Assembly (NCBI GenBank): GCA_963779755.1
Contig: CAVZZO010000001.1
Location: 1,056,001 to 1,120,000, forward strand
DNA: 64,000 nucleotides
Origin: an uncultured Gemmatimonadales bacterium
Lineage (GTDB): Bacteria; Gemmatimonadota; Gemmatimonadetes; Gemmatimonadales; GWC2-71-9
Direction of reading: 5' to 3'
A model generated the notes under the pieces. That model had not been told where the DNA came from, searched no databases, and saw nothing but the letters and a program-made list of their open reading frames with translations. Of this stretch, positions 58,191-64,000 are shown piece by piece (within the stretch, counting starts at the first letter, position 1; each line of letters opens with the position of its first letter). Made by a program: the position numbers and the translations under genes.

Positions 58191-59984
58191 CTAAGTTTCG
58201 ATCCTCACCTCCTCCTCCCGGAACTGATGCTGGTACAGCCGGGCGTAGAGCCCGCCCGCCGCGAGCAGCTCGCCATGGCTCCCTTCCTCCACGATCTGCC
58301 CCCGGTTCAGCACCACCAGCCGGTCGGCCCGGCGCACGGTGCTCAGCCGGTGGGCGATGATAAACGTCGTGCGCCCCACCAGCAGCTGCTCCAGCGCGTC
58401 CTCGATCAGCCGCTCGCTCTCGCTGTCCAGGCTGCTGGTGGCCTCGTCCAGGATCAGGATCCGCGGATCCTTGAGCACGGCCCGCGCGATGGCGATGCGC
58501 TGCCGCTGGCCCCCGGAGAGCTTGACCCCCCGTTCCCCCACGACGGTGTCGTAGCCGGTGGGAAAGAGCGAGACGAACTCGTGAGCATGGGCGGCGCGGG
58601 CCGCCTGCTTCACCTCCTCCAGCGAGGCGTCGGGGCGGGAATAGGCAATGTTCTCCCGCACCGTTCCGCTGAAGAGCGCCGGCTCCTGGGGCACGATGCC
58701 GATGGCGCCCCGGAGGTCGGCCAGGCGGAGCCGGCGAAGATCTTCGCCGTCCAGCCGGATGGCGCCCGCCGTGACGTCCCAGAACCGGGGGATGAGCGAC
58801 ACCAGGGTGGTCTTCCCCGCGCCGGAGGGGCCCACCAGGGCCACGATTTCCCCGGGCCGGACGTCCAGCCGGATGTCCTGGAGAATCCAGGGCAGCTCCG
58901 GATCGTCCTGATAACGAAAGCTCACCTGCTCGAAGGCCACCCGCCCCCGCACCGGGCGCGGCAGCGCCGCGGGGTGAGGCGGATCGGCGATGGGGCTGGT
59001 GCTTTCCAGGATCTCGAAGACCCGGCGGGCGGCGCCCATGGACTCCTGGAAGCTGCTGAAGAAGTTGGCCAACGCCCCCACCGCGGCGGCGATAGTGACG
59101 GTATAGAGGAGAAAGGCCACCAGCGTGCCGGCGGTCAGCTCGCCGTCCAGCACCAGCCGGCCCCCCTGCCACAGCACCACCACGATGCCGCTGAAGGTGG
59201 CAAAGGTGATGACCCCGAAGAAGATGCCCCGCACGTGCGCCCGCCGCAGCGCGATCCGCACCACGTCGGCAACCCGCTGGTCGTAGCGCCGGCGCTCCTC
59301 GGGCTCCTGCACGAAGCTCTGCACCGTGCGGATCTGGCTGAATGCCTCCTCCGCCAGCGCGGTGGCATTGGCCACCCGGTCCTGCACCCCCGTGCTGATG
59401 TGCCGCAGCCGCCGCCCGAAGACGATGGCGCTGAAGACCACAAACGGCACCACGATGAGCGCCGTCAGGACCAGTCGCGGTTGCATCCAGGTGAGGATCA
59501 CCACCCCGCCGAGCAGCGCCAGCACCTGGCGGGAAAACTCGGCGATCTGGTGGCTCATCGTCCCCTGCAGCAGGCCGATGTCGGTCGTCAGGCGGCTGGT
59601 CAGCTCGCCGGTACGGCGCTCGGCGAAGAAGCCCGGCGGCATGTCCAGCAGCTTGCCAAACAACTCGCCCCGGAGGCCCGCCACCGCCCGCTCGCCCACC
59701 GCGCTCAGCAGATAGGTCTGGACGTAATTGAGCAGCGCCTGGATGGCGAAGAGAACGATGAGCCCCAGGGCGATGCGGTTGAGCAGGGGCCGCCCCCCGG
59801 CCACGAAGGCGGCGTCCAGCAGCCGGCCCACTATCAGGGGAAACGCCAGCCCGATGGCCGCGCTTCCCAGCAGCGCCAGGGCGGCCAGCGCCAGCTGGCC
59901 GGCCCAGGGCCGGACCCGGGGCCAGAGACGCTGCAGCTCGCGGGGAGAGGGAAGACGGAACGACGGCCGCGCGGTGGTCGCCAT
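58191..59984 (-). CDS. MsbA-like fused ABC exporter
   Basis: TMD plus NBD: GPSGAGKTT, LSGGQRQR, LDEATSSLD, IAHRL. Confidence 0.93.
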   Translation of the reverse strand: MATTARPSFRLPSPRELQRLWPRVRPWAGQLALAALALLGSAAIGLAFPLIVGRLLDAAFVAGGRPLLNRIALGLIVLFAIQALLNYVQTYLLSAVGERAVAGLRGELFGKLLDMPPGFFAERRTGELTSRLTTDIGLLQGTMSHQIAEFSRQVLALLGGVVILTWMQPRLVLTALIVVPFVVFSAIVFGRRLRHISTGVQDRVANATALAEEAFSQIRTVQSFVQEPEERRRYDQRVADVVRIALRRAHVRGIFFGVITFATFSGIVVVLWQGGRLVLDGELTAGTLVAFLLYTVTIAAAVGALANFFSSFQESMGAARRVFEILESTSPIADPPHPAALPRPVRGRVAFEQVSFRYQDDPELPWILQDIRLDVRPGEIVALVGPSGAGKTTLVSLIPRFWDVTAGAIRLDGEDLRRLRLADLRGAIGIVPQEPALFSGTVRENIAYSRPDASLEEVKQAARAAHAHEFVSLFPTGYDTVVGERGVKLSGGQRQRIAIARAVLKDPRILILDEATSSLDSESERLIEDALEQLLVGRTTFIIAHRLSTVRRADRLVVLNRGQIVEEGSHGELLAAGGLYARLYQHQFREEEVRIET

Positions 59985-60000
59985 ACTCAGCCGGCGATCA

Positions 60001-61965
60001 CTAGGGGTGCGCCGCCTCGGTGGTGACAGCCGGAGGAGGGGGAGCCGGAGCCTTCTGCAGGACCATCACGTCGGCCGGGCGGAACGGGTTGGCCGAGGGA
60101 ATGACCCGGTCCACCCCCATGGCGATGAAGAGCAGGAAGAGGTAGAGCAGGGAGAACTTGTACATCTTCCAGGCGGTGGGCCCGACCGTGTTCTCCCGCA
60201 GCAGCTTGATGCAGTACCACAGCAGCCGGGCGCCCAGCAGAATGGCCGCCACCAGGTAGACCAGGCCCAGGGTCCCGGAGAACCAGGGGAGCAGGGTGAG
60301 CGGCACCAGCATGATGGTATAGCCCAGCATCTGCACCTTGGTATGGTGGGTCCCCCGGACCACCGGCATCATGGGAACGCCGGCGTTGGCGTACTCGCCT
60401 CGCTTGAGCAGCGCCAGGGCCCAGAAATGCGGCGGCGTCCAGTAGAAGATGATGGCGAAGAGGTAGATGGCCGCCAGGTCCAGGTGGCCGGTCACCGCGG
60501 TCCATCCCACCAGCGGCGGGAAGGCGCCGGCGGCGCCCCCGATGACGATGTTCTGCGGGGTGGACCGCTTCAGCCAGACGGTGTAGACCAGGACGTAGAA
60601 CGCCAGCCCCGCCAGCGCCAGCCACGCGCTGAGCGGGTTGGCGAAGTGCCAGAAGATGGCGAACGCCACCGCGCCCAGGCTCATCCCGTAGAGCAGCACG
60701 AACCTCGGGCGCATGCGCCCCGAGGGGAGCGGCCGCTTCCGGGTGCGGACCATCCGGTCGTCCAGGTCGCGGTCGAACCACATGTTGATGGCGTTGGCCC
60801 CCCCAGCCATCAGGTAGCCGCCCACGATCACCCAGAACACCAGCCCGGCGCCCGGCACGCCCTGGCCGGTGATGAACATCGGTGCGATGGTCGTGACCAG
60901 GAGCAGGCTGATGATGCGGGGCTTGGTCAGGGCCACCAGGTCGGAGGCCAGCGAGGGGCGGCGTCCGGTGGGGGCTCCCTCGGGGGCATCCACCGGAACC
61001 GGACGCGGCGTCCGGTTGGACCGGTAGGCCAGGAACACCAGCGAGGCCCAGACGGCCGTGCCGGCCAGCAGGTGCAGGGCCCGGAGCGAGGGCGGGAAGA
61101 TGGACAGGACCATGGCCGCCGCCACGCAGATCTGGGCCAGCGTCACCAGCAGGGCCAGCCAGGCCGCCCGCCGCAGCGGGAGGGAGGCGGCGTCGTCGCG
61201 CCGGTGCAGCCGGCCCACCACGGCCACCATGAGGCCGAGGAAGGTGAAGGCCGCCAGCCGGTGGGTCCAGTGTACCTCGGCATACCAGTTGGGGGGCGGC
61301 AACAGCTTGCCGCTGCAGAGCGGGAAGCCCAGGCAGAAGGGTCCCGCATGGTAATTGGCCACCAGGGCGCCCAGCAGCACCACGCAGAAGCCCAGGACGG
61401 CCGCGGCCACGACCAGCCTATGGGTGCCGTGCCCGTCTCCCCGCGGGATGGCGGGGAGGCCGTCGCCGGAGCGCAGCGCCGCGACCATCAGAACCGCCAG
61501 CAGCAGCATGGCGTTCCCCAGATGGGCAATGATCACTTCGGGCGGCAGCGAGAGCTTGACGGTGACGGCGCCCAGGAGGACCTGGACGACCAGGAGCACC
61601 ACCGCCAGCGTAGCGGGGCGGCGCAGGTCGGGCCGCCCCGGCAGGCGGGTCCAGGCCACCAGGCCCACCAGGAAGACGAACAGGCTCACCAGGGCGGCGA
61701 CCCAGCGGTGGCTGATCTCGATGGCGGTGGGGAGGTCCAGGGGAGGGAACCACTGGCCGTTGCAGAGTGGCCAGTGCTCGCCGCACCCCAACCCGGAGCC
61801 GGTAATGCGGACCACCCCGCCCAGCACGATCAGGCCGAAGGCCAGAACGGCGGCGGTCCACGCAAGCCGGCGAAACAGCGTGGGACTGGTGGTACGGGGG
61901 CTCAAGAGATGACTCCGGGGCACGATGATCAGGCTGGGCAGGCGGGCAGGGGGGCCGCCGCCCAT
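60001..61965 (-). CDS. Heme A synthase (CtaA) - heme O synthase (CtaB/CyoE) fusion; start uncertain
   Basis: N-half [22 protein letters not shown]-half LTKPRII, DRDLD.RM.RT.KRP, YT.WLKR, WTPPHF. Confidence 0.9.
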   Translation of the reverse strand: MGGGPPARLPSLIIVPRSHLLSPRTTSPTLFRRLAWTAAVLAFGLIVLGGVVRITGSGLGCGEHWPLCNGQWFPPLDLPTAIEISHRWVAALVSLFVFLVGLVAWTRLPGRPDLRRPATLAVVLLVVQVLLGAVTVKLSLPPEVIIAHLGNAMLLLAVLMVAALRSGDGLPAIPRGDGHGTHRLVVAAAVLGFCVVLLGALVANYHAGPFCLGFPLCSGKLLPPPNWYAEVHWTHRLAAFTFLGLMVAVVGRLHRRDDAASLPLRRAAWLALLVTLAQICVAAAMVLSIFPPSLRALHLLAGTAVWASLVFLAYRSNRTPRPVPVDAPEGAPTGRRPSLASDLVALTKPRIISLLLVTTIAPMFITGQGVPGAGLVFWVIVGGYLMAGGANAINMWFDRDLDDRMVRTRKRPLPSGRMRPRFVLLYGMSLGAVAFAIFWHFANPLSAWLALAGLAFYVLVYTVWLKRSTPQNIVIGGAAGAFPPLVGWTAVTGHLDLAAIYLFAIIFYWTPPHFWALALLKRGEYANAGVPMMPVVRGTHHTKVQMLGYTIMLVPLTLLPWFSGTLGLVYLVAAILLGARLLWYCIKLLRENTVGPTAWKMYKFSLLYLFLLFIAMGVDRVIPSANPFRPADVMVLQKAPAPPPPAVTTEAAHP

Positions 61966-62074
61966 AAAGAAAACAACAAGCTCGCCTCAGCACAAATGTT
62001 ACAGTTGCTCCCCGGGCCCGGGGAGGCCAATTTAACCCTTCCTGGCACCCCTTCCCTTCACCCCCGGGCATTCC

Positions 62075-63430
62075 ATGGATACACCCGCGGCCCCCGACCG
62101 CTGGGGCGAGCGGCTGCCCCGCCATCTCGGGCTCTGGAGCGCCGTTGCCGTCATCGTGGGCTCCACCATCGGGAGCGGCATCTTCCGCGTCCCCGCAGTG
62201 GTGGCGGCCACCCTGGAGTCGCCCGGGCCGGTCCTGCTGGGCTGGGTCCTGGGCGGGGTGGTGGCGCTGTTCGGGGCCCTTACCCTGGCGGAGCTGGCCG
62301 GGGCCATTCCCCGTTCCGGCGGGGTGTTTACCTATATCCTCGAGGCCTTCGGGCCCCTGCCGGCCTTTCTCTTCGGCTGGACCGAGCTGGCGGTGGTTCG
62401 GGCCTCGGCCCTGGGGGCGATCGCGACCCTCTTCGCCGAGTACCTGGGTTATTTCGCCCACCTGAGCCCGGCGCAGATCCACTATTTCGCCGCCGGGGCG
62501 GTGGTGCTGGTGGGCCTGTTCAACTATGTGGGCGTGAATTACGCCGCCGTGGTGATGAACCTGATCACCGTGGCCAAGTACCTCTCTCTCGCGGCGCTCG
62601 CGGTGCTCGCCTTTGCGGTGGGCAACGGAAGCGCCGCCAACTTCAGCCCCATGGTGCCCTCGGCGCTCAACCTGTCGGCCCTGGCCACGGCGCTGATCCC
62701 CATCATGTGGACCTACGACGGCTGGGGCGATCTGTCGTTCATGGCGGGCGAGGTCAAAGACCCGGGGCGCAACATGCCTCTGGCGCTGATTACCGGCACG
62801 TCGCTCATCATTGCGGTCTACCTGCTCCTCAACCTGGCCTATATCTACCTGGTGCCGCTGCCCCAGATGGCCCAGTCGCCGCTCATCGCCACCACGGCGG
62901 CGGAGCGGATCCCCCTGCTGGGGGCCCGGGGCGCGGCGGTGATCGCGGGCATCGTCATGCTGTCGGCCTTCGGATCGCTTACCGGCTCCATGATGACCGG
63001 CCCCCGGATCTTCTTCGCCATGGCCGACCGGGGGCTCTTTTTCCGCTTCGTCGCCCGGGTTTCGCCCCGGTTCAAGAGCCCCTCCACCGCCATCTGGCTG
63101 GCCACCCTCCTGGGCGTGCTCTACGTCCTGTTCAACAACTTCGCCCAGCTGGCCGACCGGTTCATTCTGGGGATCTGGCCCTTCTATGCCCTGGCCGTGG
63201 CGGCGGTGTTTGTGCTCCGGCGGACCCGGCCCGATCTCGAGCGGCCTTATCGGACATGGGGCTATCCCGTGGTCCCGCTGCTGTTTCTGCTGGCCTCGGT
63301 GGCCATGGTGGTGAACGCGCTGGTGACCAACACGAGGGACACTGCCGTTACACTGCTGATCACTCTGGCTGGTGTCCCGGTCTACTTCCTCTGGCGGCAT
63401 TTCCAGCCCGGCGGGGAAACGGACGGGTAA
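62075..63430 (+). CDS. APC family amino acid permease
   Basis: IGSGIF, AEL...P.SGG, YDGW, GEVKDP.RN, RPYRTWGYP. Confidence 0.93.
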   Translation: MDTPAAPDRWGERLPRHLGLWSAVAVIVGSTIGSGIFRVPAVVAATLESPGPVLLGWVLGGVVALFGALTLAELAGAIPRSGGVFTYILEAFGPLPAFLFGWTELAVVRASALGAIATLFAEYLGYFAHLSPAQIHYFAAGAVVLVGLFNYVGVNYAAVVMNLITVAKYLSLAALAVLAFAVGNGSAANFSPMVPSALNLSALATALIPIMWTYDGWGDLSFMAGEVKDPGRNMPLALITGTSLIIAVYLLLNLAYIYLVPLPQMAQSPLIATTAAERIPLLGARGAAVIAGIVMLSAFGSLTGSMMTGPRIFFAMADRGLFFRFVARVSPRFKSPSTAIWLATLLGVLYVLFNNFAQLADRFILGIWPFYALAVAAVFVLRRTRPDLERPYRTWGYPVVPLLFLLASVAMVVNALVTNTRDTAVTLLITLAGVPVYFLWRHFQPGGETDG

Positions 63431-63447
63431 CCGGGGAGTCATGCTGC

Positions 63448-63475
63448 TTGACGGCGGCGCCCCGGGCGGTATTTT
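63448..63475 (+). promoter_or_regulatory. Possible sigma70 promoter of the second TBDR
   Basis: TTGACG-N16-TATTTT. Confidence 0.45.
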
Positions 63476-63669
63476 GCCCGCGGCAGGCGCACTTGGCCGC
63501 AGGATTGCCTGCCACCCGCCCGGGGGCCTTACCGGGCACCAGCCCTACAAGATGTAGCTACGATGCTGCCAGACGGCTCGTCGTACCAGATCCAGCAGCT
63601 GGTGGTTCCTGTCCGGGGGCGCCGCGCGTGCGTTCCCGGCCCATCCGGAGTCCGTACCAGGAGCAAATC

Positions 63670-64000
63670 ATGATGCAAAGGTATCGTCGGTTGATCCCGG
63701 CGGCGGTGGGCGCACTGGCGCTCGCGTTGCTGGCGGGGCCGGTGTTCGCGCAGGGCGTAACGACCGCCGCCGTTCAGGGAACGGTGCTTTCGAGCAACGA
63801 CAGCACCGCGCTGGACGGCGCGGTCATCACCGTGACCAACACCTCCACCGGGGCGCGGTTCCAGGCCACGACGCGCACCAACGGGCGCTACGTACTGGAG
63901 AACCTGCCGATCGGGGGCCCCTATACGCTGGAGGCGCGGTCGATCGGCTTCGAGCCGGGCCGGAAGACGGGTCTGATGCTGAGCCTGGGCCAGCGCTACA
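63670..64000 (+). CDS. Probable Oar-like TonB-dependent receptor (5' part, truncated by window end)
   Basis: AGGAG SD; MMQRYRRLIPAAVGALALALLAGPVFA/QGVTTAAVQGTV...NGRYVLENLPIGGPY. Confidence 0.8.
   Translation, partial: MMQRYRRLIPAAVGALALALLAGPVFAQGVTTAAVQGTVLSSNDSTALDGAVITVTNTSTGARFQATTRTNGRYVLENLPIGGPYTLEARSIGFEPGRKTGLMLSLGQRY

Overview
High-GC, gene-dense bacterial chromosomal window. Gene content suggests Gemmatimonadota or a related FCB-superphylum lineage (inference). I see no rRNA, tRNA, CRISPR array, prophage or transposase. About 63 CDS are supportable: metH (partial), yggT/yggU, trxC, yfcC, cutA, an orphan WtpA/ModA, pruA, a TetR-TolC-EmrAB efflux operon, a TPR-ABC-M16 peptidase operon, dsbA-VKOR-kup, acs, STAS-ccmABCD, an ECF-sigma-headed ketosynthase/tailoring cluster, a TBDR / T9SS-CTD-like protein / PorV / GWxTD / lipoprotein locus, an MsbA-like exporter, a ctaA-ctaB fusion, an APC permease and a second partial TBDR. 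Top findings: (1) a GEMM-I riboswitch with A at the specificity position 20 (3',3'-cGAMP type), behind a sigma54-like promoter and ahead of STAS and cytochrome c maturation genes; (2) a SAM-II riboswitch on metH with a transcriptional terminator/antiterminator platform; (3) the TBDR-CTD protein-PorV-GWxTD surface module; (4) an ACP/CLF-less ketosynthase cluster; (5) a SpeD-like protein lacking its pyruvoyl-forming Ser, paired with a degenerate GalU-like protein; (6) a dispersed family of short-period, often inverted intergenic repeats. All calls come from reading motifs by eye; no database searches were run.
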